Origin: Deltaproteobacteria bacterium
GTDB lineage: Bacteria; Desulfobacterota; GWC2-55-46
NCBI GenBank assembly: GCA_016212705.1
Contig: JACREU010000081.1
Coordinates: 19,629-83,628, forward strand
Direction: 5' to 3'
Length of the DNA stretch: 64,000 nt
A model generated the notes under the pieces. That model made no database searches, was not told the DNA's origin, and saw only the letters and a program-made list of their open reading frames with translations. Shown here in pieces: positions 24,217-33,948 of the stretch. Both the position numbers and the translations under genes were made by a program. Within the stretch, counting starts at the first letter, position 1, and each line of letters opens with the position of its first letter.

Positions 24217-26811
24217 TTACCGCAGAGGAACGGATGCGTCCGGAGGCGCGGACGGGTCAATGGGCGCGGACGCTTCTATTGGAGATGGTCCTTGAGGGAT
24301 TAATAAGCGCTCATCGACAACCTGGGGCACGCTCTCTCCGGCCTTGTCTTTCCTCAGCCAGACTATGCCTATGGCCGAGCCGATGGCGAGCCCGGCTATT
24401 ATCATGAGGATTATCCAGATGGTAAGGCGCCTGCCGACGGACTTGCCGGGTTTCTCGGGAGGCGCTTCCTCCGTCTTCTGCGAAGGAGAGGTTCTCTTAA
24501 GGGCCTCCGCAGGCGCCGTATGGCCGGCGCGCGCGGATGTTGCCGCAGGGGCCGGCGCGGGATGAGTAAGCTGTGGAGCGGAAGCTTGGGGTCCCTCTAT
24601 GTCGATTTCGTTGCCCGTAAGTCCCGGCTCCGTCTCAAGCGGCCCTGTTGGTGGGCCGGTCTCCCTTGCCTCGCCTTCGAGAGGCGAGGCAACAGGGGCC
24701 GCCTCTTTCTCCTCAAGGACCGCGTCGCGGGTCATGGGCCCTTGCGGCGGTTCATCGACTGAAAAAGGAGGCTCGAAACTGAACGCCTCGACCTGAGATT
24801 CCTCAAGGTCCTTGCCCTCCCCGGTTTCCAGACCAGCCGCGGTCTCTGGAACGGCCCCCTCAGGCCTTTCATTCTTTTGAAGGCCCCTTGCAAGCGAGGC
24901 GAAGAGGCGCTCAGCGGCCTTTTTGTTTACAAGGGACGGCGCGCCGTCGGATGCGGCGTGGATATCTCTCACCTCGTCTTGTGAAAATTCGTACACCTCT
25001 TCCGTCTTTAAGGCCTCGAGCCTGGATTTGATGTACTCGCCGGTCTCCTCCTCCGTAAAAGGCTTGAGCTCATGAACGGTCTTCAGCCTGTCCTTAAGCT
25101 CCCCGAACTCCGGGGATGAGATCCTCTCAAGAAAGGACGGCTCTCCGACAAGCATTATCTGGAGGGTCTTTAAGCGGGAGAGATACTGTATGAGCTTGAT
25201 GCAGCCGGCCGAGAGCCGATCGGATTCGTCGATTATGATGAGCGTGTGCCCGCCCTGTATCTTGTTCTGGGAGACGCGCATCCCGAAGCTCAAGAGCTGT
25301 TCCTTGACTGAACCCGCGTCAGAGGCGGCGCCTACCTCGGCGTTTATGGCCTTTATAAGGTCGAGCTCCCTTGAGGGGGGCTTGAGCACCGTGGCGATGA
25401 GGACCTTTTCATCTGAGAGCCTCTTCAAAAGGTCTATGACGAAAGAGGTCTTGCCCGAGCCTTTTCCGCCTGAGATGAACAGGGGGCCGGACTTCCTTAA
25501 TACGGACCTCTTTATCGCGTCGAGGAGTTCGCCTCTGGACGAGGGCGCGAAGGAAGGCCTTTGCGGGACGTCCCTGAATGGGTCGTCCTTGAGGCCGTAG
25601 TAGACCGTGTATCTGTCGCGCGCGTCCGAGTCCGCGTAAGCGGGCTCAATTGATGCAAGCTCAAGCCTTTTAAGTTCTGCGGAGGCCGAAGAGAGCCACG
25701 GGTTTTTCTGGAGCGCCGTTTTGAAGGCGGAGGCCGCCTGCGCCTTCTTCCCCGAGGCGAGCATGACTTCTCCGAGGAAGTACCACGCGGAGTCGAGGTC
25801 GTTATTCAGGTCTATCGCGTCTTTTATGATCTTTTCGGCCTCTTCCGGGGCCTCAGGGTTTACGTTGTAGAGCGCCCATCCGAGATAGGCCCAGTACTCG
25901 CCCTCGACGGGGTTAAGGTCGGTTATCTCCCTGAACATCCTCTCGGCCGTGGCGTAGTCGCCTGCCGCGAGCGCGGATTTGGCGCGCATGAAGAGGAGCT
26001 CGGCGTTCAGCTTCGTCTCTCCGCCGGGACCTCCGGCAAGAGGGGCCTTGTCTCTCGCCTCTTCCTCGAAGAACTCGGGCTCCGGGAGCGCGGAAGGCCC
26101 TTTTACGAGGCCGGTTATGATGAAGGAGAGCGCAAGCGACAGGGCCCTGTGCCGGAGGAGGTCCGAGGACTCGACCGCCTCCTTAAGGGTCTTTGCTCCG
26201 TCAAAGGACGAGAGGAACCTCTTTTCCTGGAGGTTCAAGTTGAACGCGTCGAGCGGGTACTTGTCCGTATCCGGAGCGGCCTTGAACGGCTTGTCTATAA
26301 GGCCCTTCATATCGGCCTTAAGGCGCGGCGCGGGGTAGAAGCCGAGGCTTACGCCTTCGAGTATGAGAGAGGCCGGGTGGAGCGACGGGTGCGTTATCTC
26401 CTGCGGGACCGAGTCTATCCTTGCGTACCTGTAAGCGCCCTCGTTCCAGCCGAATATCCTCAAGAGCCTCCTTTTCAACTGGAGGACGAGGAACGCGTCG
26501 AGCTGTTCCGTCGTCAAGAGGCCCATTGATATAAGGACCTCCCCGTGCTTCTTTTTCTCCTTGAGGACCACTTCCAGCGAGGTCTCGTAGTCCTTCTGGG
26601 AGATGATGCCCTCCTGCATGAGGAGCCTGCCGAGGACCTCGTTCAGTATATTGGAGCTCGCCCCCGCAGGGACGCCGTCCTTGAAGAAGAACCTCTTCTT
26701 TACGGGCTCCCTGACGATGTCGAGGGCCGCGGCAGGGTCCCCTTTCCTGTATATGAGGTGGAGGAGCTGCGGCAGACCGACTTTGGCGAGGTTTCCCTGT
26801 TTTTCCTTCAA
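24217..26811 (-). CDS. Multidomain membrane-anchored protein: DUF4388/GspE-N-like N-terminus, TPR repeats, ExeA/GspA-like AAA ATPase, Pro/Glu-rich linker, C-terminal TM helix
   Basis: 864 aa with a TTG start overlapping the glnE stop (TTGA). P-loop GGKGSGKTSF, Walker B LIIIDESD, TPR-like AGDYATAERMFREITDLNP..., and a TM segment LTIWIILMIIAGLAIGSAIGIVWL near the C-terminus. Confidence 0.7.
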   Translation of the reverse strand: MKEKQGNLAKVGLPQLLHLIYRKGDPAAALDIVREPVKKRFFFKDGVPAGASSNILNEVLGRLLMQEGIISQKDYETSLEVVLKEKKKHGEVLISMGLLTTEQLDAFLVLQLKRRLLRIFGWNEGAYRYARIDSVPQEITHPSLHPASLILEGVSLGFYPAPRLKADMKGLIDKPFKAAPDTDKYPLDAFNLNLQEKRFLSSFDGAKTLKEAVESSDLLRHRALSLALSFIITGLVKGPSALPEPEFFEEEARDKAPLAGGPGGETKLNAELLFMRAKSALAAGDYATAERMFREITDLNPVEGEYWAYLGWALYNVNPEAPEEAEKIIKDAIDLNNDLDSAWYFLGEVMLASGKKAQAASAFKTALQKNPWLSSASAELKRLELASIEPAYADSDARDRYTVYYGLKDDPFRDVPQRPSFAPSSRGELLDAIKRSVLRKSGPLFISGGKGSGKTSFVIDLLKRLSDEKVLIATVLKPPSRELDLIKAINAEVGAASDAGSVKEQLLSFGMRVSQNKIQGGHTLIIIDESDRLSAGCIKLIQYLSRLKTLQIMLVGEPSFLERISSPEFGELKDRLKTVHELKPFTEEETGEYIKSRLEALKTEEVYEFSQDEVRDIHAASDGAPSLVNKKAAERLFASLARGLQKNERPEGAVPETAAGLETGEGKDLEESQVEAFSFEPPFSVDEPPQGPMTRDAVLEEKEAAPVASPLEGEARETGPPTGPLETEPGLTGNEIDIEGPQASAPQLTHPAPAPAATSARAGHTAPAEALKRTSPSQKTEEAPPEKPGKSVGRRLTIWIILMIIAGLAIGSAIGIVWLRKDKAGESVPQVVDERLLIPQGPSPIEASAPIDPSAPPDASVPLR

Positions 26812-29800
26812 ACTTTTCCCCCGGTTGTCTTTAGGGCGTTAAGGGTCGTGTTGTAGAGTTCCCTTACCTTATCGGAAAAGAACCTGTAGTCCTTTAAGAG
26901 TCTCGCGCCCGGGTCCGGCCCCGTGTACCCGGCGCGCCTCGATAAGGTGTTCAGTTCCTCGGACCCCTCATTAAGGTAACCTTCGGGCCTGTCGTGCACT
27001 ATTCGGATGCGCGTCTCGAGGAGACGGTAGAACGAGTAGGCCTCTTTTAAAAAGGTGCACTCCTTTTCATTAAGGAGGCCTTCTTTCTTAAGACGAAGTA
27101 GCGCCTTTACGGTATACGGGGTCCTCAAGGATTTTTTCTCAAGGCCCCATCTGAGCTGAAGGGATTGGGCGAGGAACTCGATATCCACAAGCGCCCCGCG
27201 TCCTGTCTTGATATTATAGCGCGACGGGGTTTCCTTGGCAATTTCAACTTCCATGCGCTTCCTTATGCGGAACATCTCGTCGATGTCTTCCGGGGCGAGG
27301 GGCTTCCCGTAGGCGAGCTCAAAAAGGCCGTTCAAGACCTCCTCGCCGAACTCCAGGTCCCCGGCGACCGCCCTGGCCCTGACGATCGCCTGCCTCTCCC
27401 AGACCTGCGTCCTGCCCGCGTGATATCCGAGAAAGGCTTCCTTAGATATCACGAGCGGGCCGGAACTGCCTGATGGGCGAAGCCTCGCGTCCACGTTGAA
27501 TACGAACCCCTCGCGCGTCCGGAGCGTCAGGACGCTTATTATCCTCTGTCCGAGCTTCACGAAGAACTCGTGCGTTGAGATGGACTTCGGCCCGTCAGTG
27601 CGCGCGTCGAGCGAGTCCGAGTAGACGAATACGACGTCGAGGTCCGAGCCGTATATGAGCTCTCCCCCGCCGAGCTTGCCGAGGCCGAGGACAACGAACC
27701 TCGCCTCTCCGGGGCCGCCGTATCTCCGGACGAGCTCCGCAATCGATATGTCGATCGCGGAGGCGAGCGTAGCCTCGGCCACGAACGTTATCTGCCTTGA
27801 GACCGCGCGCGGCGAGAGTCCGCCCCTTATGTCGTTTATCCCTATTCGGAGTATCTCCTGGTTCTTGACCCTCCGGAGCGCGTCGAGCCTCTCCTCGTAG
27901 TCCTTGTGGAGGGAGACCTCCTTCAAGACCGTTTCAAAGACCTCCCCCCTTGTCTTGTACCTGAGGGCGAGCTCCTTTGAAAGGAGGAGGTCGAGGCCTC
28001 CGGGGCGCTCGATGAGCGCGCGGGAGAGGAACTCGCTCGTTCCGAATAGCTTTAATAGCTCGTCCGTCACAAGCGGGTTTTCCGCGAGGAGCGAGTAGAA
28101 GGTCGTCCTCGCGCCGATGGAGGAGAGGAACCTCTCGAGGTTCTTAAGCGACTTGTCAGGGTCCGGGGAAGACGCCGCCTTTGAAAGAAAGAGCGGGCCG
28201 AGCCTTTGAAGAAAGACGCGCGCCTTTGCGCTCAGGTGGACGAACGGCGGGCCTGTCCTTATGAGGACGAGGTTTTTGTACGCGGCAGTCCCGTCCTTGA
28301 AGCCGAGCGCGGAGAGGGCCTCGGTAGCCTCCATTTCAGAGATCTCCGGGAGAAAGAGCAATTGTATCTCTTTCGGGACCCCGGCCGCTTCGTCGGACTT
28401 GTAGAAGAGCGACCTGTATACCTCGTGTATAGCGGAAGTCCGTTCCTTGTACTCCTCCCAGAAGAACTCGCCGGCCTTTTTTTCGTCCGCGTCCTTGAAG
28501 CCCATCATGCGGGCGAGGCGCTCCAGCTCTTCTTTCCGAGCCGGGATCGCCTGGCTCTGAGCGCCTTCGACTATCTGTATGCGGTGTTCGAGCTCCCTTA
28601 AAAAGACGTAGCCCTGGGTCAGGGTCTCCGCCTCTTCTTTTTTCATGAAGTCTTTTGAAGCGAGCTTATCGATCGCCTTTAGAGTCGTCCGCTCCCTTAT
28701 CTCCGCGTCCTTGCCTGCGTGTATGAGCTGGAGGGCCTGGCAGAAGAACTCTATCTCCCGTATGCCGCCCGCCCCGAGCTTCACGTCTATCGTGTCCGGG
28801 TTTCTCCGAAGGAGGCTTAAGTCTATCTTCTCCTTCATGGATTTGACCTCGTCGAGCGCGGTGAAGTCGAGATACCTCCTGAATACGAACGGCCGTATCA
28901 TCGAGATGAAGGCCTCTCCGAGCGCGCCGTCCCCGGCCACGGGCCGCGCCTTTATCATCGCGGCCCTCTCCCACATTTGCCCCCACGACTCGTAATATAT
29001 CTCGGCGCTCCGGAGAGAGTTGGCGACGTCCCCGCTCCTGCCCTCGGGGCGCAGATCGAGGTCTATGCGGAATACGAACCCGTCGCCTGTGACGGACCCT
29101 ATGAGCCTTGTAAGCGTTGTAGCCGTCTTTACGAAGAAGGCGTGGAGGCTTATGCGCGTCTCGGCCCTGCCATCAAGCCCGGTCGTCTCGCCCTTGTCAG
29201 ACGAATACAAGTAGATGATGTCTATGTCGGAAGAGAAGTTAAGCTCCCTGCCGCCGAGTTTTCCGAGGCCTATTACAGAGAGGCGTCCCTCCTTTACTGA
29301 GCCGTCGTCGTCGGTATACAGGGGCGCGCCAAAGTTTTTCTTCGCGCTCCTTATCGAGAACGCGAGAGCCGCGTCAAGGCACGCGGAGGCGAGGTCTGAA
29401 ATCTCGGCCGTCACTTCAAAGAGTTCCGAGAGGCCGAGGAGGTCGCGAGAGCCGACCCTTAAGTATTCTTTCTGCTTATACAATCGTAAGGCCCGGGCGA
29501 GCGAGTCGAAGTCGTCAAGGAGGCGGGCGTCTTTGAGCCCTTCGTTAAAGGCCTCAAGCCCTTTTTTTTCAAAGAGGCCGCCCTTTAAAAAGAGCCATTC
29601 GAAAAAATCCGCGTTCCTGGCGAGTATGCCGGAGAGGAAAGGGGACGAGCCGGTTATCGTGATAATCCGTTCGAGGAAGAGCGGCGCCTGGAGCGCCTCG
29701 TCAATTACGGGCGAGGGGGTCTCTTTGGCGATAGCCTCCAGGTTATTTAGCGCGCCCTCGGGCGAGGGGGAGGCGAGGGCCTTCTCCGCTATTTCTTCTA

Positions 29801-29933
29801 TATGGGGGCCGAAAGGGGTTTTGCAGAGGAGCCTTAAATTATTGAGGGCGCCCCTGGGGTCGACAAAGCCCATCCCCTGAAGCCTTACAGCCGCCCCTTC
29901 CTTGTCGAGAAGTTCCCTTATCATTATTTTCAA
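26808..29933 (-). CDS. glnE: Bifunctional glutamine synthetase adenylyltransferase / adenylyl-removing enzyme
   Basis: 1041 aa with two nucleotidyltransferase halves (GLGKLGGRELNFSSDIDIIYLY and GLGKLGGGELIYGSDLDVVFVY) plus GlnE-type linker helices. Confidence 0.92.
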   Translation of the reverse strand: MKIMIRELLDKEGAAVRLQGMGFVDPRGALNNLRLLCKTPFGPHIEEIAEKALASPSPEGALNNLEAIAKETPSPVIDEALQAPLFLERIITITGSSPFLSGILARNADFFEWLFLKGGLFEKKGLEAFNEGLKDARLLDDFDSLARALRLYKQKEYLRVGSRDLLGLSELFEVTAEISDLASACLDAALAFSIRSAKKNFGAPLYTDDDGSVKEGRLSVIGLGKLGGRELNFSSDIDIIYLYSSDKGETTGLDGRAETRISLHAFFVKTATTLTRLIGSVTGDGFVFRIDLDLRPEGRSGDVANSLRSAEIYYESWGQMWERAAMIKARPVAGDGALGEAFISMIRPFVFRRYLDFTALDEVKSMKEKIDLSLLRRNPDTIDVKLGAGGIREIEFFCQALQLIHAGKDAEIRERTTLKAIDKLASKDFMKKEEAETLTQGYVFLRELEHRIQIVEGAQSQAIPARKEELERLARMMGFKDADEKKAGEFFWEEYKERTSAIHEVYRSLFYKSDEAAGVPKEIQLLFLPEISEMEATEALSALGFKDGTAAYKNLVLIRTGPPFVHLSAKARVFLQRLGPLFLSKAASSPDPDKSLKNLERFLSSIGARTTFYSLLAENPLVTDELLKLFGTSEFLSRALIERPGGLDLLLSKELALRYKTRGEVFETVLKEVSLHKDYEERLDALRRVKNQEILRIGINDIRGGLSPRAVSRQITFVAEATLASAIDISIAELVRRYGGPGEARFVVLGLGKLGGGELIYGSDLDVVFVYSDSLDARTDGPKSISTHEFFVKLGQRIISVLTLRTREGFVFNVDARLRPSGSSGPLVISKEAFLGYHAGRTQVWERQAIVRARAVAGDLEFGEEVLNGLFELAYGKPLAPEDIDEMFRIRKRMEVEIAKETPSRYNIKTGRGALVDIEFLAQSLQLRWGLEKKSLRTPYTVKALLRLKKEGLLNEKECTFLKEAYSFYRLLETRIRIVHDRPEGYLNEGSEELNTLSRRAGYTGPDPGARLLKDYRFFSDKVRELYNTTLNALKTTGGKV

Positions 29934-30026
29934 ATATATGATATCCGGGGGTTAAATGCAATAGACGCAAGTGGAAGACAATATCAAGGAGAAGCCCGTT
30001 GTTTACAGGCGGGACCGGATAGTCCC

Positions 30027-30058
30027 GTCTTGACAAACCCCACCTTCGGGCATAGATT
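30027..30058 (+). promoter_or_regulatory. Sigma-70-type promoter of clpB
   Basis: gtcTTGACAaac (TTGACA at 30030-30035), a 17-nt spacer, then TAGATT (30053-30058). The 12-nt block gtcttgacaaac is shared with the hsp20 promoter. Confidence 0.5.
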
Positions 30059-30106
30059 ATATAAAAGCCCGTTTTTTTGCCCTTAACCGTCCACTCAGGA
30101 GAAGCG

Positions 30107-32707
30107 ATGCGGCTCGATAAGTTCACGATAAAGGCACAGGAGGCGCTCCAGGAGGCGCAGTCGAGGACCGAGACCGACGAAAGGCAGGAGGTTACGGTCG
30201 AAGGGCTCCTCCTCGTCCTCATCGGGCAGGAGGGCGGCATAGTAGGCCCCGTGTTACAGAGGATCGGGGCGAATATGAAGCTCTTGAAAGGCCAGCTCGA
30301 GGACTGTCTCAAGAAGTCCCCGAAGGTCTACGGCGGAGCAGAGGCCTACGTCTCTCCGAGGCTTAAGTCCATCATGGACTCTGCCATGAAAGAGGCGCGG
30401 GATATGAAGGACGAGTTCGTCTCTGTCGAGCACCTCCTCCTCGCCATAGTCACTGAGCGGGGCGGGGAGGCCTCGAAGGCGCTTGCTTCCCAGGGCGTAA
30501 CGAGGGATACGGTCTTGAAGGCCATCATGGCGATAAGAGGGACACAGCGCGTAACCGACCAGATGCCCGAGGAAAAGTACCAGGCGGTCGCGAAGTTCAC
30601 GCGCGACCTCGTGGAGCTCGCGCGCGCCAATAAGCTCGACCCGGTAATCGGGAGGGACGAAGAGATCAGGCGCGTCATCCAGGTGCTGTCGAGGAGGACC
30701 AAAAACAACCCGGTACTCATAGGAGAGGCCGGGGTCGTCAAGACCGCCATAGTCGAGGGGCTCGCTCAACGCATAGTCAGCGGCGACGTCCCGGAGACGC
30801 TTAAGAACAAGAGGCTCCTCTCGCTGGACCTGGGCGCGCTGATAGCCGGGACAAAATACAGGGGCGAGTTCGAGGATAGACTAAAGGCCCTATTGCGGGA
30901 GATAACCGAGGTAGAGGGCGACATCGTCTTATTCATAGACGAGCTCCACACACTCGTAGGCGCCGGCGCGGCAGAGGGGGCGATGGACGCCTCCAACATG
31001 TTGAAACCCGCGCTCGCCAGGGGGGAGTTAAGGTGCGTGGGCGCCACGACCCTCGACGAGTACAGAAAATACATAGAGAAGGACGCGGCGCTTGAGCGCC
31101 GTTTCCAGCCCGTGACCGTCGGCGAGCCCTCTGTCGAGGACACGATAGCGATACTGCGCGGCCTTAAGGAGCGTTACGAGGTCCACCACGGGGTGAGGAT
31201 CGCTGACGCCGCCATAGTTGCCTCAGCGACACTTTCGAACCGCTACATATCTGAGAGGTTCCTCCCGGACAAGGCGATAGATTTGATAGACGAGGCCGCC
31301 TCACGCCTCCGTATCGAGATAGATTCCATGCCGACGGAGATAGACACGATTGAGCGGCGCGTCATACAGCTTGAGATAGAAAAGCAGGCGCTCATAAAGG
31401 AGACGGACAAGGCGTCCATTGAGAGGCTTCTGAAGATAGAGAAGGACCTTGCAGACCTCAAGGAAGAGAGCGCGTCTTTGAAGCTCCACTGGCAGAAGGA
31501 AAAAGAGATTATAAGCCGCATCCAGGAGACGAAGAAGAAGATAGAGGAAGTGAAGACGCTCTCCGCACAGGCCGAGCGCATGGGAGACCTCGGCAAGGCC
31601 GCCGAACTAAAATACGGCAGGCTCACCGAGCTCCAGAAGACATTCGACGCAGACTCCAAAAGGCTCGTCGAGCTCCAGGGCGCGAGCCGGATGCTCAAGC
31701 AGGAGGTCGACGGCGAGGACGTCGCGCAAATAGTATCCCGCTGGACAGGCATACCGGTATCCCGGATGCTCGAAGGCGAAAAAGAGAAGCTCCGGAAGAT
31801 GGAGGACGGGCTCAGTAAACGGGTCGTCGGCCAGGACGCGGCGCTTAAGGCCGTCTCGAACGCCGTCCGCAGGGCGCGCGCCGGGCTTCAGGACATAAAG
31901 AGGCCCATAGGGTCTTTTATATTCCTCGGCCCCACGGGTGTCGGAAAGACAGAGACCGCAAAGACATTGGCGGAGTTCCTCTTTGACGATGAGCGCGCGA
32001 TGGTCCGGATCGACATGAGCGAGTTCATGGAAAAGCATTCGGTGGCCCGCCTCATAGGCGCGCCTCCCGGGTATGTCGGGTACGAGGAAGGCGGCTACCT
32101 GACAGAGGCCGTGCGGAGGAGGCCCTACTCGGTCATCCTCTTCGACGAGATAGAAAAGGCCCACCCCGAGGTCTTCAATATCCTCTTGCAGATACTCGAC
32201 GACGGCAGGCTCACCGACGGCCACGGCAGGACCGTGGATTTCAGGAACACGGTCATCATAATGACCTCGAACATCGGGTCCCAGCACATAACAGAGCTCG
32301 GGGAAAAGGACTACGAGGAGATACGAAGCAGGGTAACGGAGGTGTTGAGACAGACCTTCAGGCCCGAGTTCCTTAACAGGATCGACGACATCATCATATT
32401 CCACCCGCTCACCAGAGCGCACATGAAGGGGATCGTCGAGATACAGCTCAAGAACCTCAAAAAGCTCCTGCGGGAGAAGAACATAGACGTCGTCCTGACG
32501 GACGCGGCTAAGGAGCGGCTCGCCGAGGCCGGGTACGACCCGGTCTACGGGGCCAGATCGCTTAAAAGGCTCCTCCAGAAGGAGGTCTATGACGTGCTCG
32601 CGTACAAGTTCCTCGAAGGGGAGTTAGGGGAGGACGAGCGCATAGTCGTGGATACCGAAAAAGGGAAGCTCGTCTTTAGAAAAGATACGGGGAGCGCCGG
32701 TGGATAA
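30107..32707 (+). CDS. clpB: ATP-dependent chaperone ClpB
   Basis: ATG 30107 with an AGGAG RBS (the track ORF starts at TTG 30077). Clp-N, NBD1, coiled-coil M-domain and NBD2 ([25 protein letters not shown]) are present. The NBD1 P-loop reads GEAGVVKT instead of GxxGxGKT. Confidence 0.95.
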   Translation: MRLDKFTIKAQEALQEAQSRTETDERQEVTVEGLLLVLIGQEGGIVGPVLQRIGANMKLLKGQLEDCLKKSPKVYGGAEAYVSPRLKSIMDSAMKEARDMKDEFVSVEHLLLAIVTERGGEASKALASQGVTRDTVLKAIMAIRGTQRVTDQMPEEKYQAVAKFTRDLVELARANKLDPVIGRDEEIRRVIQVLSRRTKNNPVLIGEAGVVKTAIVEGLAQRIVSGDVPETLKNKRLLSLDLGALIAGTKYRGEFEDRLKALLREITEVEGDIVLFIDELHTLVGAGAAEGAMDASNMLKPALARGELRCVGATTLDEYRKYIEKDAALERRFQPVTVGEPSVEDTIAILRGLKERYEVHHGVRIADAAIVASATLSNRYISERFLPDKAIDLIDEAASRLRIEIDSMPTEIDTIERRVIQLEIEKQALIKETDKASIERLLKIEKDLADLKEESASLKLHWQKEKEIISRIQETKKKIEEVKTLSAQAERMGDLGKAAELKYGRLTELQKTFDADSKRLVELQGASRMLKQEVDGEDVAQIVSRWTGIPVSRMLEGEKEKLRKMEDGLSKRVVGQDAALKAVSNAVRRARAGLQDIKRPIGSFIFLGPTGVGKTETAKTLAEFLFDDERAMVRIDMSEFMEKHSVARLIGAPPGYVGYEEGGYLTEAVRRRPYSVILFDEIEKAHPEVFNILLQILDDGRLTDGHGRTVDFRNTVIIMTSNIGSQHITELGEKDYEEIRSRVTEVLRQTFRPEFLNRIDDIIIFHPLTRAHMKGIVEIQLKNLKKLLREKNIDVVLTDAAKERLAEAGYDPVYGARSLKRLLQKEVYDVLAYKFLEGELGEDERIVVDTEKGKLVFRKDTGSAGG

Positions 32708-32724
32708 TGCCTTCCACGGAACTG

Positions 32725-32756
32725 GTCTTGACAAACGGTTGATTATAAAATAAATT
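32725..32756 (+). promoter_or_regulatory. Sigma-70-type promoter of hsp20
   Basis: gtcTTGACAaac (TTGACA at 32728-32733), a 17-nt spacer, then TAAATT (32751-32756). Confidence 0.45.
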
Positions 32757-32794
32757 AGATTTTATAAGCTTTTTTCTTTTTTCAGGGAGGGTTT

Positions 32795-33241
32795 GTGGTC
32801 TTAAGAAGGCGCGATCCGTTCAAAGACCTGCTATTTCTCCAGGAGAGGATGAGCAGGATATTCGACGAAGCGCTCCTGAAGTACAAGGGGTGCTCCGGCA
32901 TGGCCGGGGGGATGTGGTACCCGCCGGTCGATATATACGAGACCGAGGAGTCCGTCGTCTTGAAGGCCGAGCTCCCGGGTGTCGACAGGAACAACGTCTC
33001 AATAGAAGTGAACGAGAACACGCTTACGCTCAAGGGCGAAAGGCGTCTGGAGAAGAACCTCTCGGAGGAGAACTACCACAGGATGGAGCGTCTCTACGGG
33101 ACCTTCCAGAGGGTCTTTAGCCTCCCGTACTCGGTCGATAAGAACAACATCACCGCTAACTTCCGGGACGGCGTCTTAAAGATTGCCGTGCCCAAGGCCG
33201 TTGACGAGAACAGGGACTCGATAAAGGTCAAGGTCCAGTAG
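32795..33241 (+). CDS. Hsp20/alpha-crystallin small heat-shock protein
   Basis: 148 aa, GTG start with an AGGGAGGG RBS. Alpha-crystallin domain (PPVDIYETEESVVLKAELPGV...FQRVFSLP...ANFRDGVLKIAVPK). Confidence 0.9.
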   Translation: MVLRRRDPFKDLLFLQERMSRIFDEALLKYKGCSGMAGGMWYPPVDIYETEESVVLKAELPGVDRNNVSIEVNENTLTLKGERRLEKNLSEENYHRMERLYGTFQRVFSLPYSVDKNNITANFRDGVLKIAVPKAVDENRDSIKVKVQ

Positions 33242-33497
33242 GGGGGAGCGCCGGGCGGAGCATGATCAGGTCCGGCGCATGGGCGGGAAGTACGGCAACG
33301 TTCCGTTGCCTGCGGCATGTCAGAACCGGGAGAGGGCGCTTTTTCTTCCCTTAAGCCGGGGTCGGGGCGGTTCAAAACATGATAGAAAGTCTCCCCGTAC
33401 AAGCGGTTTCCATGCAAAACTCCAAAATACACTTGAGCCCGCTTTTGCCTCCCAGGGCAGGGGCTGGCTGTCAGGCTATTTCATAAGGGGCAAAAAA

Positions 33498-33812
33498 ATG
33501 TCTGAAAACGAGACCAGGGCAAACGGGGAAAAGACGCGGGAGGGGTCGGCAGACCTCGCCAATGAGCTCCCGCCGCTGGATTTTTCCACCTTCATACTTT
33601 CGCTTTCGACGTCCGTTGTAATGAACCTCGGGCTCGTCGAGAACCCGGTCACGAAACAGACCGAGAAAGAGCCTGCCGTAGCCAAGCAGACCATAGACTT
33701 GATCGCGCTCCTTAAAGACAAGACAAAGGGGAACCTGACGGACGAGGAGACGAAGCTCCTTGACGACGTCCTCCACGAATTAAAGGTCTGGTACTGCAAG
33801 GCAATCGTCTGA
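33498..33812 (+). CDS. DUF1844-family protein
   Basis: The internal ATG 33498 gives a 104-aa protein. LPPLDFSTFILSLSTSVVMNLG...AKQTIDLIALLKDKTKGNLTDEE matches the DUF1844 pattern. The longer track ORF adds non-conserved Arg/Gly-rich sequence. Confidence 0.7.
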   Translation: MSENETRANGEKTREGSADLANELPPLDFSTFILSLSTSVVMNLGLVENPVTKQTEKEPAVAKQTIDLIALLKDKTKGNLTDEETKLLDDVLHELKVWYCKAIV

Positions 33813-33948
33813 GCGGTTGCTGAGACGCAAAAAAACGGACCTCGCAATGAAAAAAGGGCCTCATTAGAAACCGGTTTTCGTCTTAATTATCCCAGGGGCG
33901 CGCTTCGTCCCTTAAACGCCCTTTCAGGGGCTTCGCAACGGGAGAAAC

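Noticed and set aside
30077-30106. A TTG-initiated 10-codon extension of clpB.
   Set aside because: ATG 30107 is preceded by an AGGAG RBS and gives the canonical MRLDKFT... ClpB N-terminus. The extension would also overlap the region just downstream of the predicted promoter.
33279-33497. The upstream 73 codons of the 177-aa track ORF containing the DUF1844 gene.
   Set aside because: The sequence is Arg/Gly-rich and non-conserved-looking. The DUF1844 pattern starts shortly after the internal ATG at 33498.
29934-33948. Known heat-shock operators (CIRCE, HAIR, CtsR heptads) or a sigma-32 -10 (CCCCATNT) upstream of clpB, hsp20 and htrA.
   Set aside because: No convincing match was found by eye. 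Only the shared gtcttgacaaac and tagatt-tataa blocks are present, and these are reported separately.
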